Of a stretch of 64,000 nucleotides of DNA, positions 34,670 to 46,966 are shown piece by piece (the first letter of the stretch is position 1; every line of letters starts with the position of its first letter). This DNA comes from Histomonas meleagridis 2922-C6/04-290x (taxonomy: Eukaryota > Protista > Parabasalia). Position numbers and translations under genes: made by a program. A model generated the notes under the pieces. It was not told the DNA's origin. It did not search any database and saw nothing but the letters and a program-made list of their open reading frames with translations. The stretch lies in NCBI GenBank assembly GCA_020184695.1, contig JAANOX010000243.1:434001-498000 (forward strand), in the 5' to 3' direction.

Positions 34670-37211
34670 GTGTTGTGGAAATTTTTGCAACTGTAAAAAT
34701 TCCTGGGGGTTCGAATTTTACAACATTTCCGGTTTGATTCAAAACAAACAATTTTTAATTCAATATTTCTGTTTTTGACGATTGGATTCAATACCAAATG
34801 GAATTGCTGAACAAAACGCAAAAATACTGGTTTTGCTAATCCTTCTTGCAAAATCGGAAAGAATTCGCATTAATGGAAGTTTTTCCTCATGGCCACATGA
34901 TGATGTATATTATATAAAATATACAGGTTCAGATAGAGAATATGGGATGGAAAAGTATATAAACATTCCTGTTAGTGGTGGAGATCATTTCAGATTTGGT
35001 CTTGAAGTTACAATGAATGTTGGTATCTTAAAAATGGCAGTTGCTCCAACTGACATCAATGGCACTATGCTCAACTGGGAACTCGGACAAATGTCAACAA
35101 CCACAAATGGTCAAAAGGAGTATCATGAGATTAATGCAGTTCTACCACCAACATCACATCGAATGTATATTCGTCTTAAAGGCAATGGTAATGGTGAAGG
35201 TACAATTCAAAACATGTGGTATGAATATCTCGGGCATCAAGACATACCTGAAAGTGTTACTTTATCAAATGACAAATAAGAAATAAAAATTGCTGCTACT
35301 AATCAACGAATGACCATTTATGATAAAATAAATGGCCAATATTTCCCATAGAATAATTCAGATTTAGGTAGCTCAACAATTCTTTCAATTGATATACATT
35401 CAGAAACATCAGCAACTTTTATGATGCAAAGACTTAAAACGGAATTTCGAATTGATTTAGAATTAATTGATGATGAATTAAATATCACATATGATGATGC
35501 AGATCCCGATGCAACTGATGCACCACCAGGTTTCCCACTTAGTTTTCAAACTCGAAAAACTATCGATAAATTACTTATACCCCTTGGCGAAGGAATGAGT
35601 TTTCCAAGTGGTGATGAGATATGTATTACTGATGGATGTAGAGTTAATTATCAAAGTTATATGTTCTTATTATCAATGCCATGGTATGGTGTAACAGATG
35701 GGGAAATTGCAATGATGTTTGTTGTTAGTGATCCTGCAGATAGCAATATTGGAATATCCAAAAGTTCAAATGGCTGACATCATTTTTATTTAACGCATTT
35801 CCTTGAAAAAGGTCGTTTTAGTTATGCGCGAAACTTAAAAATGATTTTCTTGCATGGTAATCATGTAACAATGGCAAGGCGTTATCGAAAGATTGCGCAA
35901 GAAAAAGGTTTAGTTGTACCATTTACTGAGAAAGTAAAAAGTAATCCGAACATAGATAAACTTGTCGGTGCAGCAAACATTCGATTTCATGGAACATGGA
36001 CATAGCATCGTACTACAGTTTATCAAGAATTTAATAGTTTGGGTTTTGATCGTATTATGGATTTTGGTTCAGTAAGTTCTAATCTTGATTATGTATTTAA
36101 TAAGACAAACATATTATCATCTGTATATGATTCTTATCAAATCACAGGTAATCCAGAATATTATGATAAAAAATGGATGGATTGGAATGATAATTGGCCT
36201 TATGCTTATCCTCAAGATATAGCGGTGAACTCTACAAATCAATTCACAACATTTGGTTCTGTTTCTAATTTAACAAATCCATCACAAAAAATTGATACTT
36301 ATGCTACTTGTGATAAACAAATGATTAAATATGCTAAAGAAGATTATGAAGCAGAAGTCGCAAAACAAGATTTACAATATCAAGCACGATTTATTGACGG
36401 TGCAACATACACAGTATTATTTGAATGTTATCATCCTGATCATCCGCAAACAAGAAGAGAATCAATGCAATATCGTCTTAAACTTTTACAATATTTCCGT
36501 GAAAATGAACATGGAAAAATTGTGATTGGAAGTGAAGATGGTAAAGATATAGCAGTTCCTTATTGTGATTACTTTCTAGGGTTAATGAGTCCTGCACCTT
36601 TTAGAGTACCTGGCACAGATACATCTGGAAGTCTTATAAAATATTGGGATGAGCCTACTGAAGCACAAACAAGAGTTATGACTAATGAAAGTGTACGTGT
36701 ACCTTTATTCCAACTTGTTTATCATGACTGTGCTATATCTTATTGGGGCGGTGATGATCATAATTCTAAAGTTATTCCTTTATGGGATAAAAGAGATTTA
36801 TTGAATAGATTATATGGTACACCTCCTGTTTATGTGATAATGCAACATTATTGGGATCAATATAAAGATAGATTCGTAAAATCATATAAAATAGCACAGC
36901 CTGTTTCGAGATTAACAGGTTACGCAGAAATGATTGATCATATTTATTTGACAGATGATATGAAAGTACAACAAACAATTTTTAGTAATGACGTAAGTGT
37001 TATTGCTAATTTCGGTTCGTCGGGATATAGTACAATTTATGGAGATTACATTGAACCAATGGGATCTGTTGTTTATAAGAATTTTTCAACAATTAAAGTA
37101 GCAAGTGGAATGGATGGTTGGATAATTGGTGTAATCGTAGCTGTTGTTTTGTTGTTTGTTGCAGGCGTATGCGTTTTTATTATGATTAAAATGCGTAAAA
37201 CAGATCAATAA
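34670..37211 (+). pseudogene. Bacterial-type glycoside hydrolase (GH129/GH101-like) with C-terminal TM anchor; multiple in-frame stops
   Basis: ORFs 34782, 35421 and 36039 share one frame, interrupted by TAA 35277, TAG 35349, TGA 35775, TAG 36003; motifs RFID..T, ECYHPDHP.TR.ES, GSE.G.D.AVPY.DYF, VPLF.LVYHDC, WDKRDL.N.LYGTPP; frameshifts likely near 34780-34870. Confidence 0.7.
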
Positions 37212-37446
37212 AAAAAAAAATCACTTATAAAGCTTAGAAATAAATAAAAAAATACAATTTACTTGTAAAAAAGCAATTTTTTTAGGTGTATTTAAATTAC
37301 CATATTTTTATTGTTTATTATCTCAATCCAATTCATTTTGCAATATTTATTAACCTCTTGGAAGATTATGTCTTGAATACAATTTTATTCTAAAAGTGAC
37401 AGAGTATCATTATGTGACGGTTATTTGTGAAAGTGACAAAGTAAAA

Positions 37447-40260
37447 ATGGAAAATGACATTGCTGAACTAAATAGGCAATATAATGAATATACAAATCAA
37501 CTAAGTCAGTACGTTCAAGCTTGCAAGCAGTATACCGATTATAATCAGACACTTGTTCAAAAGAAAAATCAACTCGAAGCAGATATTCACAATTTTTATC
37601 AATATGTTCAAACACATCCAGTACGACCTGATGAAGAAGAGCTTGTTCAAGTACAATATAAAAGACTTGCTGGTGTACAAGCTAAAGCAGTAAAAGCTCA
37701 AGAAATTCTTAATCGTCTTGTTCCTGATACAAAAATGGAAATCCCTGAGATTTATCAAAGTCAAAAAATGAATGAATTCAAAAGCATAGCAAAAACTGTA
37801 CGTCAGTTATATGCTCGTAAAGAATCATTAAAGAAGTCAATAGATTATTTAGAACGTGAATCAACAAATCTAAGAGATGAGCGAGATGACCTTCAAGCAC
37901 AGCTTGCCGAGGATCGTAGATGGGCCAATGAAATGGAAGAAAAGCTTGCATCTGAAACACAAGCCGGAATGCAAAAATTAATGAAGCACAAAGAGCAAAT
38001 CAAACAACTTGATGAAACCTATCAGAAAGAACTTATTGAAACCGAGAAGAAGCGTATTAAAGCCGATGTTGAATCCATAGAATTAAATCTCTTTAACAAT
38101 CAATACCAGCGCCAATTTTCGAAGCTCCAAGAAGATTTGAACCTCTGTCTTACCAAGAAGGGGATTCCCAGCTCCAATATTCAATTAGTCAAACAACTCC
38201 AATCAGAAGTAACAGCACTTCAAGAGCGTTCGGAAGAGTACAGCAAACTCCTTTCGGCCAATTTCCAGCTTCAACAAGCCAAGCAACAAGAAAGTGAAGT
38301 GAAGCAAATATATTCCGAAATCCGGGACGACTACTTAAACCATTACAAGAAAGTTGACGTCTTAATCCATCAGACTCTTAAGGACCACATTGAACAGAAA
38401 TCCGATGTACTTAAAGTTCTATCAGATAATCAAGAAGAACTCAAAGAACTTGAAACAATTCAAAATCAACTCAAAGAAACTAATCAACAACTTCATAAAG
38501 AGACAGAGAAACTTGACGAAGAAGCCAAATCCAAACATCAAAACAAATTCCTCAACAAGAAGCTCATCTCCAAATACGAAAGCATCAACGAGAAAATCGA
38601 TTCCATTCGCGTTAACATTGAGCATCAGAACAACAGTATCGCATACAACCAAACGTTCATCCAGAAGTATGACCAAGGAATCTCGACTGTCCAAGACATC
38701 TACAATCGGTTCCGAAGCGAGACAAGTACAGTTGCGCGCCGTCGACTTGTTGGTGAATTAGAGAGTTTGTTTGAGCAGCAACATAACTTACTTAATGACT
38801 TAGCAAATAACAATGCGAAGTCATTACAAAACATCACAAATCAAATCGAAGAATTACAACGGCGTCTCGAGAAGGCTATGAGTGACTTACTGAGAAGTGT
38901 CGATCCAGAAAAGAGTTTCTCGCAGCAGTCGGAGAGAATACTCAAGGAGCAGTCAGAGAGTTTGTTCCACGGCGACGAAGGACTTGTTGGCTTCATGCCG
39001 GATGAGTGCGAGATTAGTCTTACGAATGAGAATGAGGCTAACATTGAAGTGGCCTCATTGAACGCACTCGTTGCTTTGCTGTTTCATCCACACGTGTTCA
39101 AAGACCGTTACCACCACCAGTTCATTTTGGGGTGGCACAACACCGGTACGTCGTTAACGTTGTTGACTGAAATGATTAACGGCTTCCTGAAGGAGTACCA
39201 AAACGGGTCCAACCCCTACGGACTGCCGAACACCGATCAATTAACGGACAATATCGTCAACGATACGATCAACTTTTTCTATACATGGAGATATGACTTC
39301 ACACATGATTTTGTAGGGTTACCTGAATCAAAAGATTTGAGATTGAATGTGCACTTAATATTTAATACACTCAGTCAGTTAGATAAGTCGAAGAAACAAG
39401 AAGGTGCTATTGATACATTTGTGAAATCAATTGATTTATTCAATAATACAAAAACTTATCAACCACCAAGATCAATTAAGCAGCCGACATTTTTGGATTT
39501 GCCTTACGACTCAACAAAGCCATTCCCATTGCGAACAGATCCTGTAATTCTTGCAAAGCATTTCATGTTCGTTGAATTGAAAAAGTTCATTTCAATAGAA
39601 CGATACGAATTTGTGAAGTGTAACTGGAGCAGGCCGAATCGCGACACGATATCGCCAAACGTGTCTGAGCTAACGAGGCATTTCAACAAGACATCCGTCC
39701 TTGTGGGTTATACTATTTTAACTGAAAAGCGTCTGAAAGAACGAGCGAAAATTTTAGGCGGATGGATCAATGTAATGGATGCAGCACTGAATGTTAATAA
39801 CTTTAACCTGTTGTTCGAAATCGATGGCGCGCTTACAAACCCTGCGATTATCCGTCTCAAGAAGACGTGGTCAAAGATCGACAAAGAATTGAACGATCGA
39901 TACACAAAACTTTCCGACCTGACAGCGCCATTCCGTAAGTTCGGCAAGTACAAGGCGGCGCTCAACAGTTGCCCTGTGAATATGACGCTGCCGTATCTCG
40001 GTCCATGGTTGACTGATATGACATTTGTCGAAGATGGTAACCCAACGAGGAAAACGCTTCCGAACAACGAAGAAGGTATCAACTTCACGAAGCAAAAGTA
40101 TTATTACTCTCCATGCTCGTTCTTGTTGAAGGATTGGGGAAAGGATATCGATTTTGATATTAACCAACAAATAGTAAGCGACATTAACTCTTTCAGGAGC
40201 GTAGATGAGGAAGGAAAAGAATATAACTTACTCAAGATGTCACGTGAATGTGAAACCTAG
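37447..40260 (+). CDS. RasGEF (REM + CDC25 domain) with N-terminal coiled coil
   Basis: NNFNLLFEIDGAL.NPAI.RLKKTW, LPYLGPWLTDMTFVEDGNP, INFTK; track starts at GTG 37396, first ATG is 37447. Confidence 0.92.
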   Translation: MENDIAELNRQYNEYTNQLSQYVQACKQYTDYNQTLVQKKNQLEADIHNFYQYVQTHPVRPDEEELVQVQYKRLAGVQAKAVKAQEILNRLVPDTKMEIPEIYQSQKMNEFKSIAKTVRQLYARKESLKKSIDYLERESTNLRDERDDLQAQLAEDRRWANEMEEKLASETQAGMQKLMKHKEQIKQLDETYQKELIETEKKRIKADVESIELNLFNNQYQRQFSKLQEDLNLCLTKKGIPSSNIQLVKQLQSEVTALQERSEEYSKLLSANFQLQQAKQQESEVKQIYSEIRDDYLNHYKKVDVLIHQTLKDHIEQKSDVLKVLSDNQEELKELETIQNQLKETNQQLHKETEKLDEEAKSKHQNKFLNKKLISKYESINEKIDSIRVNIEHQNNSIAYNQTFIQKYDQGISTVQDIYNRFRSETSTVARRRLVGELESLFEQQHNLLNDLANNNAKSLQNITNQIEELQRRLEKAMSDLLRSVDPEKSFSQQSERILKEQSESLFHGDEGLVGFMPDECEISLTNENEANIEVASLNALVALLFHPHVFKDRYHHQFILGWHNTGTSLTLLTEMINGFLKEYQNGSNPYGLPNTDQLTDNIVNDTINFFYTWRYDFTHDFVGLPESKDLRLNVHLIFNTLSQLDKSKKQEGAIDTFVKSIDLFNNTKTYQPPRSIKQPTFLDLPYDSTKPFPLRTDPVILAKHFMFVELKKFISIERYEFVKCNWSRPNRDTISPNVSELTRHFNKTSVLVGYTILTEKRLKERAKILGGWINVMDAALNVNNFNLLFEIDGALTNPAIIRLKKTWSKIDKELNDRYTKLSDLTAPFRKFGKYKAALNSCPVNMTLPYLGPWLTDMTFVEDGNPTRKTLPNNEEGINFTKQKYYYSPCSFLLKDWGKDIDFDINQQIVSDINSFRSVDEEGKEYNLLKMSRECET

Positions 40261-40765
40261 TAAAACCACGAATTGTCATTTTTTTCTCCATGAAAAATGA
40301 ATGGTTTATTTGCAATTGCTCTTTGAATTTTTCAGAGACTTAAAATCTTTTGTCAGAAATCGATACAAAAGTTCGAATTCTGTTCTCTGGATATGTTTAG
40401 GTCTTATTAAGCAATTACTTGATTTGACTTGGTTTGTGTTGATGCTGTGTATCAATTATATATTATTTTGATCGAGTCATAATAAGATATTGTTGTTTCA
40501 AATCTAACGGTTTTTTATCTGTTGTGCAGTTTCATATAACGTCCCAAGTGAAATTTTATATGATGAAGGTTTCAAAAGTGACAATTTTTTTGCACCTAAA
40601 CACCCATAACACTTTTTGAAAAATTCTGGGTAAAATTGAGATGGTGGTTGGCGAATACAAATTTTGAATAGTGTTTCCAGCTTTTAGACGGTCTGATTCA
40701 ATATTTTATTTGTCAAAGGAAAATTGACAAGGCTGACAAAATCCCAGAGGTCATTTCGCTTGAAA

Positions 40766-41140
40766 ATGAGTTGGGTTTTGAACAATACAGAAGGCCTCAA
40801 AAGAGAAATTATTGAAGAAGCTAATCAACTTAATCGGACTTGGAGCTTTCAGCTCTTAAGAAGCATATATCGTCAATTATCATCTCTCGACGAAGATAAT
40901 CTAAATAAACTAATTGATGAACTTCTACAGTTCGCTGTATCAGAAGGAGTTAATGGGAAAAGCAGGTTTAAAATTGCTCAACTTTTTTCTGTTATTGCAA
41001 CCGAAAAAAATAAGCTTATAAATAGAATTATATACAGTCACAAGGAAGCAATCATCGGAAGGATGAGGAGCATGATCGAGTGTGACTTTGGAAGTCAGTC
41101 ATACAATATGTTTGTTCAAGTATTTGAAAATTGTAATTAA
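40766..41140 (+). CDS. Hypothetical small alpha-helical protein
   Basis: Open frame with coding-like composition; ATG at 40766 (track starts at TTG 40724); no family recognised. Confidence 0.5.
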   Translation: MSWVLNNTEGLKREIIEEANQLNRTWSFQLLRSIYRQLSSLDEDNLNKLIDELLQFAVSEGVNGKSRFKIAQLFSVIATEKNKLINRIIYSHKEAIIGRMRSMIECDFGSQSYNMFVQVFENCN

Positions 41141-42310
41141 CACGGTTTTTTCATTGCACAGCTTATTTCTCATTAATATAGAGTTATAATTTTGGCTGAT
41201 AATACTAATATTATATTTTTATTTGAAAATATTATATTAATAAAAGAATTCGATCTCACTATGAATGCTACATATATATGTGTGTTATGCAGATGTTTAT
41301 TACTTAGTTACTTGTTCTTTCTAAGAGGAGAATCCTCATTTATCCAACAACAAGGGAAATCATTACTACAAAGGTTTACAAAATTACGCTCCCCAACAAA
41401 ATTATCAATTTTTGAATGTGCATTCAAATTTCAATGAAAATATTTTTGACACCGGACACAAATTTGTTAAAGGTGGTTGGTCAATTTAGTCACATCACTT
41501 TCTATTCAAAAAATAATCATATTACCCAACGTTGGTTACTATTGAAATAATTTTCAAATTAAAATATTTCGATCAATTAAGAGAAATAAATTTGTATATT
41601 TTTCGGATATCATTTAGATCAATCATTAAATAATATATCATAATATGATTGAAAAATATTAATGAATGACAAACGAATTTGAAAAAAAATTATAATTCAA
41701 TCAAAAATAATCAAATATACTAATTACATAATCAAAATGTAAAAATAAATATCTTCATTAATTTGATATCTATTTTTAATATCAGAATATGTGAATTTTA
41801 TTCCGGTCATGTAATAACACCGAAATTGAATTAAAGATGTTTATATATTGAAAAAGCTTTTTTTTTAAATTCAAATGAGGTTTTTAAAACTCAAGTTAGT
41901 GAATTACTTGTGTTGCTTCGCTAATTCATTCGCGTGGTGATACTTAATTTAATATAAAGTTAGGAAAGTAAAATATAATGTTCACGAGAATCATTTTTTT
42001 TACAAATTATTGGTTTATCATTACAAAATGATCATATTTAATTATGTTATCAATGCTTGTAAAGGCAAGAGTTTTTGCTTCTATATATATCTTCAGTTTT
42101 AATTTCATCATAATTTTTTCAAATTCACCAAGGATTTTCCATGATATTCATACCAACCAAAATAAAACCATCACCAGCAGTTCAAACTATTGTTGTCGTT
42201 TTCTTTCTAAAATTTATCCAAAATTAAATATAAAAAACAATGAATTTTTTAAACATACAGGAACAAATTCCGTTCCAACCAAAAGACTATGACAACGCCT
42301 TTAAAGTAAG

Positions 42311-43597
42311 CTATTCACGATATATTTTTGACATCAAAAGTTTCGAAAAATTTTTCACCTCTTCATTAGGAACTTCTGAAACAGCTTCCAAATATTGAGA
42401 CAATTCAGAACACAATGATATTTCGTTCAGATATTCCAAATTCCCATTATTTATACAAAAATCGACCAAATTCATTAAAGCGCACAAAACATGTTCGACA
42501 TCAAAGTTTTCAATTATTGGGCATAAAACATTAATAAACCCGCAATCTATTAAACATTTTGTTATTTCCGGAGGTCCAATTCTACAAATTTTTAGTAAAA
42601 AATTTACACACATTTGACATAAGTTATAAGTTCCATCATAACACCATGCAACGATAACTTGTGTTATTCCTTTTTCATAAATAAAAACTATAGTCCTTAA
42701 ATCACTTTCTATAGCTAACTCAAGAATATTAATAACCTCAGTACGAATTAATTTGCTTTTAAAGTTCATAGAGAAAAGAATTAAGTCAAAAGCATTCGAA
42801 ACTTGAAGAACATTAAACGCATTTCCCGATCGAGAACAAAGGCGATAAAGAAATCGTAGAGATGATAAAACATTACTAATGTTGTTCGGGTCGATGTTGA
42901 AAATGGCTGGAAGATTTTCGCTTGTTAAAAAGATCGAAATCCATTTCTCATTACAAATAAGATTTTCAAATAGCTCAAAACATTGGGTTTTAAAGGGACC
43001 TGGAGCTTCTTTATGTAGTTGTACAATGTTATAGAATAAAGGAATTAAATTTTGAGAAATATCAAAATGTGTAGAAATGGATATTAATATGTTGAGTACA
43101 AAACTTTGAGTTCCTGGTGTTTCAAATAATTTGTTTAACTGAGTTTGGTATTTTTCTGTAAGAAGAATTTGTATAACTGTGTCAAATTCACAAAAATTGG
43201 ATATTGCATCAAAAGCATAAGGACTTGGAATAAAATTCCATATACTTTCAATCAAAGGTTCAAAATTATAATCAACAGGAAAACGACTTGAAATGTTTGA
43301 AATAATCCTTAAACACGGTTCAATAATTTGTGGTGGCATTTCATTGACCAATATCATACTAACAATAATTGGTTGTAATACAGATGAGACACTTAATGGT
43401 ACATCATATATAGATAAGTATGAATCAAAAAATTTAAGTGCTGATGCAAAAGAATTTGGATCATTTAAAGAGAACAAATTAAGCATTGAAACAAGAGTCT
43501 TTTCATCAACCTCTTGAAGGTCATCATTGCTAGTAAGCCTTGATCTTTTCTTTAAATTTAAATTCAGATTTTCCTTTTTTTCTTCTTCAATCATCAC
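42311..43597 (-). CDS. ARM/HEAT-repeat protein (importin-alpha-like fold)
   Basis: Repeating helical pattern (CLRIISNIS, AFDAISNF, LCALMNLV), basic N-terminal KKRSR. Confidence 0.6.
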   Translation of the reverse strand: MMIEEEKKENLNLNLKKRSRLTSNDDLQEVDEKTLVSMLNLFSLNDPNSFASALKFFDSYLSIYDVPLSVSSVLQPIIVSMILVNEMPPQIIEPCLRIISNISSRFPVDYNFEPLIESIWNFIPSPYAFDAISNFCEFDTVIQILLTEKYQTQLNKLFETPGTQSFVLNILISISTHFDISQNLIPLFYNIVQLHKEAPGPFKTQCFELFENLICNEKWISIFLTSENLPAIFNIDPNNISNVLSSLRFLYRLCSRSGNAFNVLQVSNAFDLILFSMNFKSKLIRTEVINILELAIESDLRTIVFIYEKGITQVIVAWCYDGTYNLCQMCVNFLLKICRIGPPEITKCLIDCGFINVLCPIIENFDVEHVLCALMNLVDFCINNGNLEYLNEISLCSELSQYLEAVSEVPNEEVKNFSKLLMSKIYRE

Positions 43598-43724
43598 ATT
43601 TTTTGTTTGCCGATAGTTAATGAATACTTTACAAGTAATTTATCAATGAATTTTGATCGTTAAATTTATAAACGTCCTTCATACATACATGGTAAATTTT
43701 ACCCTTTGTTGGGGGTTTGGTCGG

Positions 43725-43729
43725 CCTTT
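43725..43729 (+). promoter_or_regulatory. M5-like element CCTTT
   Basis: 8 nt upstream of a ribosomal protein ATG; M5 is the alternative initiator described for trichomonad ribosomal protein genes. Confidence 0.45.
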
Positions 43730-43737
43730 TGAAGGAG

Positions 43738-44073
43738 ATGTCTACACCACAAGAACCAAAGCTTTTCGTTAGTGCTGTTTTCACATCATTCCGTCGTAGC
43801 AAGCGCCAAATCAATCCAAATCAAGCTCTTCTCCAAATTAACGGAGTTAACTCCAAGGAAGAAGCACAATTTTATGTTGGCAAGAAAGTAGCATCATATG
43901 TTAAAGCCAAAGTTGGCAAGGATGGAAAGAAGATTGATGCTCATATTAACTGGGGTGTCATTACCCAACCACATGGAAACAGTGGTGTTGTTCGTGCCAA
44001 GTTTGATCGCAATCTCCCACCAATAATGCTTGGTAAGAAAGTCCGTGTTATGCTTTTCCCAAGCACAATCTAA
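43738..44073 (+). CDS. RPL35A: 60S ribosomal protein L35a (eL33)
   Basis: FYVGKKVA.Y, WGVIT.PHGNSGVVRAKF..NLPP, VRVMLFPS; ATG at 43738. Confidence 0.97.
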   Translation: MSTPQEPKLFVSAVFTSFRRSKRQINPNQALLQINGVNSKEEAQFYVGKKVASYVKAKVGKDGKKIDAHINWGVITQPHGNSGVVRAKFDRNLPPIMLGKKVRVMLFPSTI

Positions 44074-44349
44074 ACATTGAACATTGACTTACTTAATTTT
44101 TTTTTTGATCACATGAGATAAATTATTGTAATAATTTTTAGTTCAAAACAATTTTTATGCATTTATATTGCACCAAAAGCGAATGAAAAATGAAAATTTT
44201 AATAATGGATAGATATTGATTTTGAAATTTTAACAAATTAAAATTTTAATTTTCTTTTATTAAAATATTAATGTAAGCATTAACTCATATTGTAAATCTA
44301 CTCCAAAAAATGTATTCTTATATATTTATTTAAAAAAAAATAAGATAAA

Positions 44350-46482
44350 TTACACCATTGGAAGAAGGCTCTGAACCAAGTTTCGGATCTTAATGAAATC
44401 AACGCACATTTCGCCATCTATTGATAGCCTATCTTCACTTACCTGTCTTACTTTAATTTTTCTGGTTCCGCATATCAATTCACCTTCACCAGAAACCTTC
44501 ATTTCCATTTGTATTAATTTCTCACGAATGACAGGCATATCTATTTTCCCGATGAAATTTGCGTGATGTGGTTTTGAAACTTCGACAGGTTTTGCAGATG
44601 TGATACCTGAAATATCATCTGTAGATAACAATGCATCTATATATGCCACTTGATTATGTTCATCATATTTTTTAAAGTCTAATCTATTATATAAAGCTCT
44701 TGAAATATTAATTTTCATTGAAGAAGAATCTTGTGATAAATAAACGGTCTCCATTTCATTCGGTGTCAAAACCGTCGTATTCCCTAACGTATCCATCAGG
44801 ACATCGTTTAATTTCATCGTCGCCTCTATCGTTCCTCCGATAATTATGACATGTGATGGTGAAGCCTTTTTGATGTACCCTTGTAAAGTAAAGAAATCTG
44901 TTCTCGCTTCGAAGCAATACTGCAAATCAATTGAAGAAGCCCTATAGTTAAAATCAATTGATTTTTCGATAAATTTACATGGTACATCTTCAGGCTCTTC
45001 CATTACAGCATAATATACAGGCTGTTGCAAACCTTTAGCCGTAGCACTTTTTTCGTTGATGATTGCTCTTTGGCCAATACCTTTAGCATACTCTTGATGG
45101 TCAATCTCCACTCCATAGTCAGTTATTTTGGGTACAAATGGTAGGTTGAATTGGAATTTCGACTTAAGATTAAGTTGATTAACTGATACAACACTTCGAA
45201 TATCATCATCTGAAGACTCATCGTCATCATCTTGATCAGAATCACTTGCAGCTTCTATAACGGCTTCGTTTCTTTCCATTTCTTTTTTCCTTTTATATTC
45301 TAATAATTCATCACCTTCAAGTGGCTCACGATATCTTTCGACCAACTGTAATGTTCTGTGTGTATTATCAAGTCTTAGATTTTCTGCCAAAGAGTTTTTC
45401 GGTTCATGTGTAATAAAGCATACTGCATTTTGTGGTTGGTTACCTACAAACTTTAGAAATATTTTGCGGCTATTACCTCTTTCGAGTGTATCTGATGTTG
45501 TGACTATTACCATCGGCCCTTGAATTTGGATTTCATTTATGTCAGTAACACATTTGACACATTTAAGCTCAAATTGGGCTTCAATGGTGGAAACGGCCTT
45601 TTCTACTAAGTCTTTACTGAGCCATTCACTCATTTGGTTGACAGTATTCAGAATTAAACTACTTGAGTGAGTGAGAAAATAAATAGGAAATTGAGCTCCA
45701 ACTTCAACCCACTTAGCGTTGAGACGATATAAGAGTTCTAATGTGCGCGAAAGGCCATCAACTGGAAATAATACGATACGACCATCACTAAGTTTCTTAA
45801 GAATTTGGATGGCAAAATCAAGGGGTGAGACTTCGCGTTGCTTTTTGCTGTTGCTGAGATTTGATGCGCGGGAATCCACAATCCATAATGTTGGATGCCA
45901 TGTGGAAATTAGATCGGAATTAAAGCCATCAAGATGCATCTCTTTCTTGTTATAAATGGAGTTGGCATAAATAATTTCTTTTTGTCCTTTTACAATTCGC
46001 CAAACTGATCCACCAATTGAACGACCTGATTTATATGGTGTGATAACAATGTTGTTTGCAAGTTCTTTTTCTTGCTCATACATCATTGAGGTAATTGAAT
46101 CAAATGTTTTTTTGATATCATTTGCATTGAACAAATCAAATACAGATTCCTCAAGACGATTACAATAATGATCATATAACATATATGCGCCAAGAGTAAC
46201 AATTGGGTTTGTAGCAAAAATTGGAGCAGATAAACCTTTATGTTGACATAAATAAGGAAGAGCGCCAATATGCTCTATACATGGATGAGATAAAAGAACA
46301 GCATCGACACGATCACAACATTCGCAAATGTTTTGGATTTCTGTTAAATCAAATGAATCTGACCAGCCACAATCAAGAAGTATTGTAAATTCATCAATAT
46401 GTAGAAGATAAGCAAAAGGGTTTTCGTTTTTTGCTCCTGATAATGGTTGGAATGAAATTGTTGTGGAATCTTTCTGGTTCAT
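44350..46482 (-). CDS. CPSF2: Cleavage and polyadenylation specificity factor subunit 2 (CPSF100)
   Basis: ILLDCGW, DAVLLSHP..EHIGALPY (degenerate metal motif), GRSIGGSVWRI, beta-CASP organisation; first ATG at 46482. Confidence 0.92.
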   Translation of the reverse strand: MNQKDSTTISFQPLSGAKNENPFAYLLHIDEFTILLDCGWSDSFDLTEIQNICECCDRVDAVLLSHPCIEHIGALPYLCQHKGLSAPIFATNPIVTLGAYMLYDHYCNRLEESVFDLFNANDIKKTFDSITSMMYEQEKELANNIVITPYKSGRSIGGSVWRIVKGQKEIIYANSIYNKKEMHLDGFNSDLISTWHPTLWIVDSRASNLSNSKKQREVSPLDFAIQILKKLSDGRIVLFPVDGLSRTLELLYRLNAKWVEVGAQFPIYFLTHSSSLILNTVNQMSEWLSKDLVEKAVSTIEAQFELKCVKCVTDINEIQIQGPMVIVTTSDTLERGNSRKIFLKFVGNQPQNAVCFITHEPKNSLAENLRLDNTHRTLQLVERYREPLEGDELLEYKRKKEMERNEAVIEAASDSDQDDDDESSDDDIRSVVSVNQLNLKSKFQFNLPFVPKITDYGVEIDHQEYAKGIGQRAIINEKSATAKGLQQPVYYAVMEEPEDVPCKFIEKSIDFNYRASSIDLQYCFEARTDFFTLQGYIKKASPSHVIIIGGTIEATMKLNDVLMDTLGNTTVLTPNEMETVYLSQDSSSMKINISRALYNRLDFKKYDEHNQVAYIDALLSTDDISGITSAKPVEVSKPHHANFIGKIDMPVIREKLIQMEMKVSGEGELICGTRKIKVRQVSEDRLSIDGEMCVDFIKIRNLVQSLLPMV

Positions 46483-46966
46483 TGATTGGCTTTGGATTTT
46501 AAACAAACTAAGTCAAAAAAGAAAAAAAAAGAAAAAAATCAAAATGTGTATATTAAAAATATCTAATTCATTAATTTTCCGAATTTTAGTGTTATATATT
46601 ATTTAGAATTTAGTAAAATTCAAATTTACATTTTAATCATTTTTTGATACATTTCCAAATAATATAATTTATTTTAAAATTATAATAAAATAATCAAGAA
46701 GACCATATTACCGAATTAGATAACACCAAAATTTTTATTTTGAAGCTTAGTAAATTTATTTTATCGACTTTTTGGTGTAAAAAGGTTTTCTTTGATTTTA
46801 TACAACTTTTCAAAACCGATTGTTTTTCTAACGGTTTGAATTCTTTTGTTAAGAAAAAGCGAATTTTGAATGAAAACGTTAACGTTCTCTGCGACAGTTC
46901 ACTTTTCAAAAAACAAGCCAGCGAAAATCTAGATAAATTTGAGAGTGTCTGTTTGAATACATTTGG

